Assembly (NCBI GenBank): GCA_951406725.2
Contig: OX597816.1
Span: forward strand, 115,506,001 to 115,570,000
Direction: 5' to 3'
From: Octopus vulgaris
Lineage: Eukaryota
Length of the DNA: 64,000 bases
Part shown: positions 40,890 through 52,754 of the stretch, in pieces
How the letters are laid out: the number at the start of each line of letters is the position of its first letter
Numbering within the stretch: position 1 is the first letter of the stretch
Translations under genes and position numbers: made by a program
The notes under the pieces: generated by a model
What the model was told of the DNA's origin: nothing
Databases searched by the model: none
Seen by the model: the letters and a program-made list of their open reading frames with translations, nothing else

Positions 40890-41575
40890 CGAAGGAAAAT
40901 ACCGCTAAGCACTTCGTCCAGTGAATGAAGAGTGAATGATACCATTGCCCATATCACGAACGAATGCCCTAGACTTGCCCAAAACCAGTGCAAGTTGTGG
41001 CGACATGATCAGGTAGCGAAAGTGCTCCTTTGGAAACTGTGCGAAAAGTGGGGCTAGAGAGAGAGAGGAAAGACGTGGTATAAGCACAAACCGCAGTGAG
41101 TGGGGGAGTCGGAGACTAACTAAATCCTCTGAGATTTCCCAATCCAAACAGATTAGATGCTAGAACATAACAGACGGGACATAGTGGTGGTGGACAAGGA
41201 GCACCACGTATGCTATAGAATTGATGTTGGGTGCCCAATTTGACCCACGAATAGTCAAAAAGGAAGGCGAAAATATAGATAAATACAACTCTCTTAAGTA
41301 CGAAGAAAACGAAGGTGAAGATAGTGCTAATTATTGTTGGGTTCTTGAGAACAGTATCAGAAGGCATCAAGGGGAATATAGAGTAAATTAGAATAGTGTT
41401 CCCAGTAGAACTGTTACAAAAGGTTTGCCTCCTTGGCACGGCCAGAATAACTAGGAAAGTATTAGATAGCTAAAAAGAGCGAATAGCATGGTACTGTAGG
41501 CTGCAGGTAGCAAGCCTTCTACGTATGCAAGACTCCAGGGGCTCTAACAAAACCTGTTATAAAGAGAAATGATAA
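40890..41575 (+). mobile_element. R4/Dong-type LINE 3' fragment, lineage B (REL domain and 3' UTR)
   Basis: WYKHKP..DFPIQTD*MLEHNRRDIVVVDK...LLQKVCLLGTARITRKVLDS*; homologous to 52022-52400. Confidence 0.85.
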
Positions 41576-41589
41576 TGATAATATTATGA

Positions 41590-41743
41590 TTTGACAGCCA
41601 TTCTCTAGAACAACACTCTGTGCAAAACCATAACTATGGCACTCTAGTCATAACACTGACTTGAACTTCTAACTTGTTGTCTCTTGAGGTTTCTATATGA
41701 GACTTGGAGTCGACTTTTACAAATACAAAGCAAAAGCCAAGCG

Positions 41744-41745
<2 letters not shown>
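41590..41745 (+). mobile_element. Short R4/Dong-type 3' end followed by (TAA)n
   Basis: acagccattctctagaacaacactctg (TAHIL-RTL-like) plus a UTR, ending at (taa)n. Confidence 0.45.
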
Positions 41746-41785
<40 letters not shown>

Positions 41786-41786
<1 letters not shown>

Positions 41787-43470
41787 TGACAATGAGCTTG
41801 AAGGACTACAACGTACTGTCAACGTATTCAGTGATGACATTGGGATGGAATTTGGTCTTGATAATTGTGCCAAGGCCACCTTACAGGAAGGGAAACTGGT
41901 GACCTCACATTCAGTGGAGTTGGATGTTGACATAGTCATAAAAGAACTTGAGCAGGAACAGACTTACAAATACCTCGGAATAAAAGAGAGCACTGGCATT
42001 CAGCATGCAAGTATGAAAAAGATCAGGAAGGGATATTACAGGGGAGTTCGAGCAGTCCTAAAATCCGAGTAAAATGCACGTAACAAGGTGTTAGCTATAA
42101 ATTCCTTTCTGTTCCGGTTGTTGTTTACAGTTCAGTGTGTTGAACTGAGCGAAATAAGGAAGATTGACAGGAAAATCTGTAAACTTCTAACTTGCAATAA
42201 GACACATCACGCAAAGGCAGACGCAGATCGTCTTTATCTACCCAGAGCTCGAGGAGGTCGAGGCTTGATCGAATTTGAAATCTCTTACAAAACCATCATA
42301 ATTGGACTGGCAAGATATCTTGAAACATCTGATGACTGGATGCTAAAGCTCGTTGAAAACCATGAAAGATGTAAGAAGCTACATTCTGTTATGAAGGAGA
42401 GCAAATTATTTTCAAGGGAGTTTATGCGTGATCCCCAGGTTGAACAGCATGAGGGAAATTACAAAGAAGGTTAAATCAATAGCAAAGCAAAATGCGTTTG
42501 ATCAATTGGCTGATAGGTTGGAACAAAAACCTCTGTATGGCAAATATGTGGTCCGTAGCAAACAAGCTGATGTAGACCAGAAGCAGCCCCACCAGTGGTT
42601 ACGAAACTCAGGACTAAAGGCAGAGAGTGAAGGCTTTATCTTGGCTACCCAAGATCAGAGCTAATTGACCCAGGACTATCAAGCCAATGCGATGAAAATT
42701 GGTGTAGACTCAAAGTGCCGATACTGCAACGATGGGATAGAATCAGCGGACCACGTAATCTCTGTAGAGTACAACTCAAGACATGACAGATTTGGCCAAT
42801 ATCTATACTGGATAATGTATCGGCATTATAATATCAAAACTTCTGACAAATGATACAAGCACCACCCTGGGGCTGTAACTGAGGGAGAAAATGTAACGAT
42901 TCTTTGGGACTTCCCAGTATATACAGACCGGACCATCAAAGCAAATGAACTGGATATTGTTGCGAAAGACCAAAACAATAAAGACTATTTATTGCCTGAA
43001 ATGAGCATACCCTGTAACCATGATATCTCGGTAAAAGAATTTGATAAGCTCAGAATATATAAAGATTTGCTCATCGAAATCGAAAAGATGTGGCATCTCA
43101 AGGCGGTTACAATACCAGTGATTGTGGGACCACTTTTGAATTATCAAAAACGGAACTGAAAATTATTTAAGAATGATCTCTGTCTTACCATCCATACAGG
43201 AAGTGCAAAAGATTGTCTTAACTGGTACGTCACACGTATTAAGAGCATTGTCGCTGTGAATTTTCTTTCCCTTTTTCTCCTTTATTTTCTTTGTTTACTT
43301 AAAAAAAAGTTTCTCTGTCTTTCTTCCCCCTTTTCTCTATCACATGACGTTGTAAATGGACAATTTGGTCTGCTTATTTTAATGGCCTACCAAAGTTTAC
43401 AGTGCGTTTCTTTCTTTGCCCTAAATGTCAGGAAGACACTCGACAAGAAATGGAAACAGAATAGAAAGAA
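41786..43470 (+). mobile_element. 5'-truncated R4/Dong LINE of the same family as 8286-9869, more decayed
   Basis: FSDDIGMEFGLDNCA, YKYLG, RLYLPRARGGRGL, QWLRNSGLKAESEGFILATQDQ, CRYC..H; 3' UTR 43375-43470 matches the reverse complement of 8290-8390; (TAA)n at both ends. Confidence 0.92.
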
Positions 43471-43500
43471 GATGATAATGAAAATAACAACAACAACAAC

Positions 43501-43552
<52 letters not shown>

Positions 43553-43659
43553 GTAATAATAATAATAGTAATAATAATTATAATAATAATAATTGTAATA
43601 ATAACAACAACAACAACAACCACAACAACAACAATAATAATAATGATATCAATCCTTTC

Positions 43660-43788
43660 AACTGAAGGCACAAGGCTTTACCTTTCATCCTTTCGGGGTC
43701 GATAAATTAAGTATCAGTGAAACACTGGGGTCGATGGAATCGACTAGTTTCTCCCCATATTTCAGGTCTTGTGCCTACAGTAGAAAAG

Positions 43789-43790
<2 letters not shown>
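43660..43790 (+). mobile_element. SINE family B 3' fragment
   Basis: cctttcatcctttcggggtcgataaattaagtatcag. Confidence 0.75.
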
Positions 43791-43852
<62 letters not shown>

Positions 43853-43853
<1 letters not shown>

Positions 43854-45250
43854 GTAACTGTTCAGCATTTGTCAGATTGAGGTAAATGTCTGTTGCATCA
43901 CCTGCTACATCTCTGTGTTGCTGGGTTGCGTGCAGCATTGTGTTCTTTTCTGCAGTTGGGAGTGTGCAATCTCTTCCCGGTACTGTATTGTGTTAACTTT
44001 TTTCTCTTGGGGTGTGGTGCAGTCTTTTGTTATGTTACTGCTTGTATTGTATGTTGAGTGTATAATGCATAGGTTCTCTGGCTTGCTGGTGGAAGTCTAT
44101 TTCACTGGGAAATTGCTGTATAGAGTGTGTCTTGTATTTGTGAGTTGTTTAAGTTGTACTATTGGATTGATAGTGTCTTGCGTAGTACGTCGACTGTTCC
44201 CAGAAGAGCTATGTTTTGGACAGTGTGTAGTGTTGGGGATCCAGGTATAATTTCCACGTTTTTGTTCATATGTATCTTTAGCATACCCAGTGATCCAATT
44301 ATTATTGGTATTGTTTTACCTTCATGCCCTACATCTTGAATACTTCAGTTTCGAGGTCTTTGTACTTAGACAAGTTCTCCACTTCCTTTTGATCAGAAGG
44401 GACTGCAATGTCTATCAATAATCAGGTGTGTTTTTTTCCAAACTGTTTACTTTGTTGTGTCTGTATATATTTATTCAAACGTGGCAAGAGATAATGTGGT
44501 CAACTGTCTTGTAGTGCTGGTTGCACATTCTGCATTTGGTGTTAGGGCCTGTTTTCATTATTTTACTTTAATAAATCGTTTGTAGTTAGGCATTGGTCTT
44601 GTGCAGCGAGAATCAGTCCTTCCGTTTCAGCTTTTAGTTCAAAGCGTTTGAGCCATTGTTGGCTTTTACTTAGGCTTACTTCCTCTCTGTCAATCCTTGC
44701 AGGATATTGGCCATGGAGTGATTTTTCTCCCCATTTCTTCAGTATCCTTTGTAATTCTATTTTCATGTTGTTTTTTGTCTTTTTGACTATTTCTGCTATG
44801 TTGTCACTGAGGCCAGCGCGTCAGTGTGGTTTTGTTACTGCTTTGTATTTTGTCGCCTCCTTGTGTATAGAGAAAAATGTTTTCTTTTTCTCGTGCTACT
44901 TTACTACATGAGGTAGTCTTCCACTTATTGTTTCTCAGTACTTCCCTAATCCAACTGTGTTACTTTATAGTAGTTCTCTATCTGTATCAGGTTACGGCCT
45001 CCTTCTGAGCGGGATAGATATATACTGTCTGCGGTTGCTTTGGGGGTGCTGACTTCGGTTCTCTGATAGCAGTTTTCTGGTTTTTCTATCTAGGTTTCTC
45101 AATTCACTGATCTTCCAGTTTATTATGTTAAAGCTGTAATTTATGACTGGTATGGCTAGCGTGTTTATCCCTATTATCTTATTTTTAGCATTAAGTTCAG
45201 TGTTTAATATTAGTCTAACTTTCCTGTAATACTCTCTTTTATTTCTGCAC
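43853..45250 (-). mobile_element. R4/Dong-type LINE fragment, a further lineage
   Basis: REYYRKVRLILNTELNAKNKIIGINTLAIPVINYS; WGEKSLHGQYP..QQWLKRFELKAETEGLILAAQDQ; (TAA)n tail at 43790-43852. Confidence 0.88.
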
Positions 45251-46418
45251 GCAATGTTTTGAACAACAAAGAATTTGTACCGGATTTTTACAGAATTTTG
45301 AATTTGCTTTAAACATTTTTTTTTTTTGCAATTGTCTGATAATACAGACATCGACTTGCCCAAATGCATCAATACATTAACATTGGTATTTTTTTCAATT
45401 GTTTTACTGTCATCTAAAATGGAACTGTCAAAGCGCGATATATGAGCAATTTTGCTATTCAACTTCAATAAAGGACGTAAAGCAGCTGAAATTGCTCGCG
45501 ATATTAACGAAATGTTAAGTGATGAAATGACCAGTGAGTGATCAGCTTGAAAATGGTCTAAACGATTTCACAGTGAAGACCTGAGCCTTGAAGATCGTGA
45601 GCGTAGTGGACGCTCATCTGTCATCGATGACGGTCAATTAAAGACCGTCATTGAGAAAGATCGACGTAAAACCACTCGCGAACAGACAAAAGAACTTCAA
45701 GTTTGCTATAAAATTGCCTGAAACAATTTGCATGCGATCAGAAAATTAAAAAAGCTCGACAAATGGGTACCACACGATTTGAATGTAAATCGGAAAATCG
45801 CCGATATGAAATTTGCTCGTCGCTTCTTCTCCGTAACCAGACCGATCCATTTCTCGACCGTATTGTAACTTGTGGTGAAAAGTGGATTCTGTACTATAAT
45901 AAAAAAAAGTTCTTCGCAGTGGTTGGACCAAAATGAAGCATCGAAAACCTGTAAATCTCAGCTCTTCAAAAGGAAGGTTATGTTGACTGTTTTGCGGTGT
46001 TCCTCCGTCCCAGACTGGTCAACAGAAGAGGGCCAATCATTCTTCATAACAATGCTCGACCACACGTTTCACTAATGAAGCTCCAAAAGTTGAGGGAACG
46101 TGGCTATGAAGTTCTTCCCCACCCAACTTATTCCCCAGACCTTTCTCCTACTGACTACCACTTTTTCAAACACCTTGATGGTTTCCTGCGAGAGAAAGAG
46201 TTCAAAAATCAAACCAATACTGAAAGTGCGTTCAAAGAGTTCATCAACTTCAGGACTCAAGATTTTTATGTTACTGGAATAAACAAACTTGTAACTCGTT
46301 GACAAAAATGTGCTGATTGTAATGGTACTTACTTAGATGAATAAAATTTCCACATTGTTGAAATATATTGTGATGAATTTCATGTTTCAAAACGTTGCTA
46401 ACCTTTTACTCAGCCTGA
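45251..46418 (+). mobile_element. Mariner transposon (cecropia/Hsmar1-like), decayed, left TIR truncated
   Basis: ATG at 45419 MELSKRDI*AILLFNFNKGRKAAE...WVPHDL...ILHNNARPH...PTYSPDLSPTDYHFFKHL; right end ...actcagcctga|TA; internal deletion near 46005. Confidence 0.88.
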
Positions 46419-46488
46419 TATTTCAACACTATTTCATATCAAGAATTTTGCACGACAATTAGACCAATTGCATAAACGTGTGTGTGTC

Positions 46489-46532
<44 letters not shown>

Positions 46533-46538
<6 letters not shown>

Positions 46539-46669
46539 TTTGAGAATTATTAATTTGATGACTTTTTATCTTCTATCTTTCTTTTTGCATTTGTGATATA
46601 TATCACAAATACAAAAAGAAAGATAATAGAGGAGAAAAAGTCATCAAATTGATAATTGCCAAACTTATA
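46533..46669. repeat. ~135-bp near-perfect palindrome adjoining (TA)n
   Basis: aagtttgagaattattaatttgatgacttttt...ttgtgatatatatcacaaat...aaaaagtcatcaaattgataattgccaaactt. Confidence 0.9.
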
Positions 46670-46869
46670 TAAATATGTAAATTAGCTTAGTGGTATGTTA
46701 TCTAAGCAATGTTTTCTATGTAACTATAAGCTACAATGTCTAGACATAATGAAATGATTTTTAATGCGGGTCCTGCGTTTGAAGTATACACACTCACACA
46801 CATATACATACATAGACAGGTGTGTGTGTGTATGTATATATTTATATATAATATATGTCTATGGGTATA

Positions 46870-46944
<75 letters not shown>

Positions 46945-47550
46945 ATATAATTATCTTTATGAATCATTATTTAATTAATTAATATTTATAATTAATATTC
47001 ATTATTTATTATTTATTTATTCCACACACTTACATATACGTGGGCATGAATGTACAGGGATGGAAAAGGAAAAGGAGAAATATTATTGTCTTTATAATGA
47101 GAATTTCATGTGCATAACAAATGACAAATTAATCAATGCAACAATGTGTTGCTCAATAATATATTTTGCCTTCGATTGAAATTATAGTAAAACAGCAGTT
47201 TGTCATAACAAACTGCTTATGGACCCAATCTGTAGATTGCCGTTAGTGGTCATTGTTTACTTCCCGCCGAGCTTGTCAATTGTCTCTTTCTTTAGAACCA
47301 CGTTTTATTTCCAGTTTAGTATTACTGATACAAATGCAGCAGGTGCATGCATAGTCAAATTGATAAGAAATTAATTCCACATCCCGCTAAGCCAAACCTT
47401 ATCTAAATGTTTTAGACAAGAGCTTGTGTCGACTTTAGTTAGTTAAAAGAGTGAAATCAGGTCATTGAAAACCGAATGAGAGACCCTTGATTTTATTGTA
47501 TATATAAATCGAGTGTCAGGTTTGATTTTTATAAACTATATCACGCAGAT

Positions 47551-47718
47551 ACAGTTCTATATTTAAGAGGAATTATTTACATTATTTACATTCGACGGAT
47601 ATCTGTCCTCATCTTGTTTGTTGTTAACACAGCGTTTCGGCTGATATCCCCTCCAGCTTTCTTCGGGTGTCTTGGGGAAATTTCGAACCTGGGTTCTCAT
47701 TCCTAAGGTATTTTTCGA

Positions 47719-47770
<52 letters not shown>

Positions 47771-48036
47771 GTTCAGGTCACTGCTTGGAATTGAACTCAG
47801 AAGCTTGGGGTTAGCAGCCTGCGCTCTTAACCACTACGCCATATGCCCACGGACACTACGCCATATGCCCACGGGCGTATGATGTAGTGGTTCATGTATA
47901 GACATTGTAACTTATAGTTACATCGCAACGTTTCTTTATGTCTAGACACTGTAGCTTATACTTACGTAGAAACGTTGTTTTAACAACAAACAAAATGAGG
48001 ACAAATATCCGTCGAATGTAAATAATGTAAATAATG
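47551..48036 (-). mobile_element. tRNA-headed short element with internal (TAA)n, minimal hammerhead-like motif, inverted ends and 14-bp TSD
   Basis: TSD tatatcacgc(a/t)gat at 47537-47550 and 48037-48050; inverted repeat 47572-47638 / 47969-48036; tRNA-like head on minus strand 47775-47848. Confidence 0.8.
47625..47671 (-). ncRNA. Degenerate minimal type-I hammerhead ribozyme motif
   Basis: GACAC-CCGAAGA-aAGCTG(gaggggatat)CAGCc-GAAAC-GCT-GTGTT; sister pieces give CTGATG (8106-8111) and GAAACGTT (47969). Confidence 0.6.
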
Positions 48037-48334
48037 TATATCACGCTGATTTTGCATGAGTATTACATTGAAAGTACCAGTGTCTATATGCGTATAATTC
48101 TCAAGAGCTTGTGGTTTAAACGAACATGCTCACTGGTACTTATTTTATGAATCCCGAAAAGATGAAAGACAAAGTCGACACATGCTATAGCTGCGCCAAC
48201 ACTAAAAGCCCCACGTCACCTAAATGTCCTAAGCAGCCATCTTTCTGAGTAATATGTCGGTTGGACTTTGTTTAACTTCACTTAACAGACATGAACAAAT
48301 GCTTGCAATATTATATTTTCTTTTTCTTTTTTTT

Positions 48335-48790
48335 ACTCGTTTCAGTCATTTGATTGCGGCCATGGTGGAGCACCACCTTTAGTCGAACGAATCGACGCCC
48401 AGAACTTATTCTTTGTTTGCCTAGTACTTATTCTGTCGTTCTCTTTTGCCAAACCGCTAAGTTTCGGGCACGTAAACACACCAACATCGGCTGTCAAGCG
48501 ATGGTGGGGGACAAACACACAGACACATACACGCACACACACACACAAACAAACACACACACACAGACACATACACGCACACACACACACAAACAAACAC
48601 ACACACACACAAACGCACATACATATGACGGGCTTCTTTCCGTTTCCGTCTACCAAATCCACTCACAATGCTTTGGTCGACCCGAGGCTATTGTAGAAGA
48701 CACTTGCCCAGGATACCACACAGTGGGACTGAGCCCCAAACCATATGGCTGGAAAGCAAGCTTCTTACCACAGAGCCACTCCTGCACCTA
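48335..48790 (-). mobile_element. SINE family A copy, CpG-retaining
   Basis: ctcgtttcagtcatttgattgcggccatgg...gtcgaacgaatcgacg...cttaccacagagccactcctgcacc. Confidence 0.88.
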
Positions 48791-48904
48791 TGTTGCCACA
48801 CCTGTACCTTTAGGACCACTCCTGCGACTTGATAGTCACTCTTGCACTTAATGTACAATGGATACATAAATTTATAATGTGTTAACAACATATGCATAAT
48901 ATTG

Positions 48905-49102
48905 ATTTCAAATTATAGCACAGGGTCAGCAAATTCTAGGGAGGGGTTAAGTTGATTACATTGACCCCTGTGTTCAAATGGTACTTATTTTATCGAGCCC
49001 GGAAGCATAAAAGGCAAAGTCAACTTCGGCCGAATTTGAACTCAGAAAGTATAGATCGACGCATTTTGCCTGCGTGCTAACGATTCTGCTAGCTCGCCGC
49101 CT
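48905..49102 (-). mobile_element. SINE family B copy
   Basis: Ends gcgtgctaacgattctgctagctcgccgcc. Confidence 0.85.
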
Positions 49103-50384
49103 TAACACAATTATTAAAAATATACGTACAATTTTAGTAAAGTGATAAACGGATAAGTTAAACCAAACACCCGTAAACAGTTGAAAACCCATCGGCTATT
49201 TTGTGTCAGAGTAAACTCATGATATTGCTAGCCAGCAATTTCTTGTAAATGGTGTACCCCAAATTGCCCGTGAGCATTTTTGGTGCTGGACTGAGAGAAG
49301 AATGTACATCTCCCACATCCACTTGATATATGTGCGTTAACTGATCATTGGCTGGTAACCTGGTTTTCGCTAGTTTTTCCAGCACTGTACCATTTGAGGC
49401 TTCCACAAACTCAGAGCCGTTTTCATCCACAATAAATGGATTATTACTACTTTTTCCTTCCTCTCATTCGTAAACTAGCTCTGTTAATTCTTTGTTTTTA
49501 TTTTTACCTTACTTACTTCATCATCATCATCTTCATCATCACCATTCTCAAGAATAATCAATTTCATTCAGTCGGGATGAGATGAACTTCGCCTCACATT
49601 TTTTGCTCTTTCTTGAGATGTGCTCCTTACTTTAGTGAGGATGTTTTCTCTTGTCTTCCCGCTGTCTGCCGTCCCTGATCCTTGTTTAAATTTTCTATTG
49701 TTACGCGGCGATGGAGTTGAGTTGATGGTTTTGGTTGGTGAATTGGCCTTTCGGTTTCCTGATAAGCACTTGCAACCGAAATTGAGGTAATCTCTTCTGA
49801 CGTTTCCGGGGCTGTAACTCGTGATGCTGTAGGAACAATAAGGTCCTGTGACATTGTTGGTGTTGATGTCTATGCATCTCTAGGACAGAAAATCCTTAGA
49901 TTATCTAACTTTCTCCCCACACTCGTTAGAAGACACAACGTTTCGTAGTCTTCGTAATTTATCAGAATTTGTATATACATAGACAGCCATCTGATCACAT
50001 ACAGCCAAAGATCACGTCAGCATTGACCGCACGCTACAAATGTTGTACAACGAGCTAGTGTCAACTTTGTCTTCAAAGTTAACTTCACTTCTCTTAATTT
50101 ATTGTGAAATTAATACGCGAGAAAGTATGCGACGTATTCGTTAGCATATCACTTGCTTATACACAATGCAAATTGCCCCAACTGATCTTTCCCGTATGAT
50201 GTAGAGGATTTCGTTGCGTATATTAACCCGATGAAAAGCGCTGATTAGAGTATTGGACTAACACGAAGTTAATATTAGCTTCATTATAAATAATGGATCT
50301 CTAAATTACCAACCAGCAGCTAATTAAGATAAGTTGTGAGCAGATAAATAAGAATATCCAAAATGGCCATCTTGAAATATGACA

Positions 50385-50690
50385 ATGCACACACACACAC
50401 ACACACACATACACGTCGTAGTCTATCCCTTATGCAGAGTCTGACCATCTTTAGTATTTACACATTAGATTCATCATGGCGTCTGATGTCGCTTTTTAAA
50501 CCAGATAATGCATTGAAAAGACACCCACATAGATGGCATATATGATTTGGACCACCAATAGCAGCAGTTAAGTTCTGATTTTTGTAGGTCTTAAAATGTT
50601 TTTTGAGGCGTCCGTTAGATTTGCAGACCTTATAGCATACACGACATTGAAATGTGTGCACAAATATATAGGCAGAGAAAAAGCAACATA
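50385..50690 (-). mobile_element. Probable LINE 3' end encoding two degenerate C2H2-like zinc fingers, with short UTR and (TG)n tail
   Basis: FQCRVCYKVCKSNGRLKKHFKTY...HICHLCGCLFNALSGLKSDIRRH; no TGEKP linker; followed by ggtcagactctgcataagg and (TG)n. Confidence 0.6.
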
Positions 50691-50755
50691 TATATACTTT
50701 CATATATATCATATATACACATGGTATTTATAACCTAGTTTATATATATACACAC

Positions 50756-50810
<55 letters not shown>

Positions 50811-50965
50811 TAAATATACACACACGCATATATATATATATACATTTATAAATATAGATATGCATACATACGCACACACATATATATCTGTAGGCATATG
50901 TATGTATGGGTTTAGGCTTATGAGTATATGTATAAACGCACACTTGTTACACGTATACCTAAACA

Positions 50966-51025
<60 letters not shown>

Positions 51026-51511
51026 CAAACTATATAGATTGCTTTTTGAGTATGTCAGCAAAAAAGCAACAATTTTTAGACGAAGTAGAGTAATTATCTC
51101 AAAGCTATTCTTAGTGGTAAAATACAAAGCTACTATCTTGGATTCCCCATAGTGTTAAGTAGAGGATCAGTTGTTGCTGTCGCTGTTAGTATTTTCTTTG
51201 TTGTTTTGATTACGTTCAGCATTGTATGTCCTTGAAATAACGAGGCGATAAAACCATCATTAACAAAATGTTCTTAAACCGTCTCTTAGATTATCTGTTT
51301 CCTGAAGACCTTAGCGAATAAACAAAAAAAATGGAACTTAAAAGCATATATATTCGAATAAAATGTAAGACCTCGGCTCATGTGAGAGCAACCGTGAATT
51401 TTAGATGTACAAGTTAACTCTACCATCATACAAGTGTACTGTGTGTTTGAGTGTATAAATTATATAACAACAACAACAACAGCAACAACAACAACAACAA
51501 TAATAATAATA

Positions 51512-51852
51512 ATACATATAGCCTGTCCAGCTGACAACAAGGTATGCGAGAAGGAAGAAAGAAAACTCGATAGATATGACAGGTTAGCTTGGGAGGTTAA
51601 GCAGTTCTGGTCGCTGAAAAAGGTGGTAGTAGCACCAATAACTGTCGGAACTTTGGGAACAGTGAGTAAAAATCTTAAGTACTTGGAACAAATATGGGCT
51701 GCAATAAGGGTGGAGCACTTGCGGAAAACATTGCTTGGAACCGTTTGAATACTCCGGATGGTGCTCGAAAAATAAGGGGTGTTACCTTAGTTCATTGGTA
51801 GTGAACAGCTGTCACCGTAGTACATCTCCAGCATTAGAAGCTGTGCAAAGGC
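51512..51852 (+). mobile_element. R4/Dong-type LINE 3' fragment (REL end and UTR), lineage C
   Basis: IHIACPADNKVCEKEERKLDRYDRLAWEVKQFWSLKKVVVAPITVGTLGTV; (TAA)n on both sides. Confidence 0.88.
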
Positions 51853-51872
51853 AATAATAATGATAATAATAA

Positions 51873-51932
<60 letters not shown>

Positions 51933-51985
51933 CAACAATAATAACAACAATAACAACAGCAGCAGTAGCAATAATAATAATAATA

Positions 51986-52020
<35 letters not shown>

Positions 52021-52021
52021 A

Positions 52022-52398
52022 ATGGTTATATGCTATATAGTTGATGTTGCCCCTTTGACCTGCGAATAGTCAAGAAGGAGAGCGAAAAGAGAGATAGATA
52101 CAATCGACTTAAGTACGAAATAGCCCGGCTATGGAAAATGAAGAAGGTAAAGATAGTGCCAATTATTGTTGGGTCCTTGGGAACAGTATCAGAAGGCATC
52201 AAGGGGAATATAAGGGAAATTTAAATAGAGTGCCCAGTAGGACTGTTAGAAAAGGTTTGCCTCCTTGGCACGGCCAGAATAATCAGGAAAGTATTAGATA
52301 GCTGAAAAGAGCGAATAGCATGGTACGGTAGGCTGCAAGTTGCAAGCTCGTTACGCATGCAAGACTCCAGGAGCTTCAACAAAACCTGCAGTAAAGAG

Positions 52399-52400
<2 letters not shown>
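52022..52400 (+). mobile_element. R4/Dong-type LINE 3' fragment, lineage B
   Basis: LKYEIARLWKMKKVKIVPIIVGSLGTVSEG...LLGTARIIRKVLDS*; homologous to 41200-41570; followed by (TAA)n. Confidence 0.88.
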
Positions 52401-52475
<75 letters not shown>

Positions 52476-52509
52476 AAGAAGAAGAAGAAAAGAAGAAGAA
52501 GAAGAAGAA

Positions 52510-52725
52510 TCCTTTCTACTGCAGGCAGAAGGCCTTCAAATTTTGGCCTTCAAAACTAGTCGATTACAAAGCCCCCAGTGTTTTACTGGTACATAATTTA
52601 TCGACCCCGAAATAATGAAAGGCAAAGTTGACTTCGGCGAAATTTGAACTCACAACGTAGCGGCAGACGAAATACTGCTAAGCATTTTACTCTGCGTGCT
52701 TGCGATTCTGCCAGCTCACCCCCTT
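52510..52725 (-). mobile_element. SINE family B copy
   Basis: ttatcgaccccgaaataatgaaaggcaaagttgacttcggcg...gattctgccagctcacc. Confidence 0.85.
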
Positions 52726-52754
52726 AACAACAGCAACAACAACAATAAGAATAT

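Noticed and set aside
45997-46302. SETMAR/Metnase host gene suggested by the mariner-like ORFs
   Set aside because: No SET domain; these are free mariner copies with TIR remnants and disabling mutations.
47775-47848. Functional tRNA gene (GCT anticodon-like loop); likewise the heads at ~37100-37170 and ~39430-39500
   Set aside because: Acceptor and anticodon stems pair poorly, there is no Ser-type variable arm, and each is embedded in a TSD-flanked repeat, so they are SINE heads.
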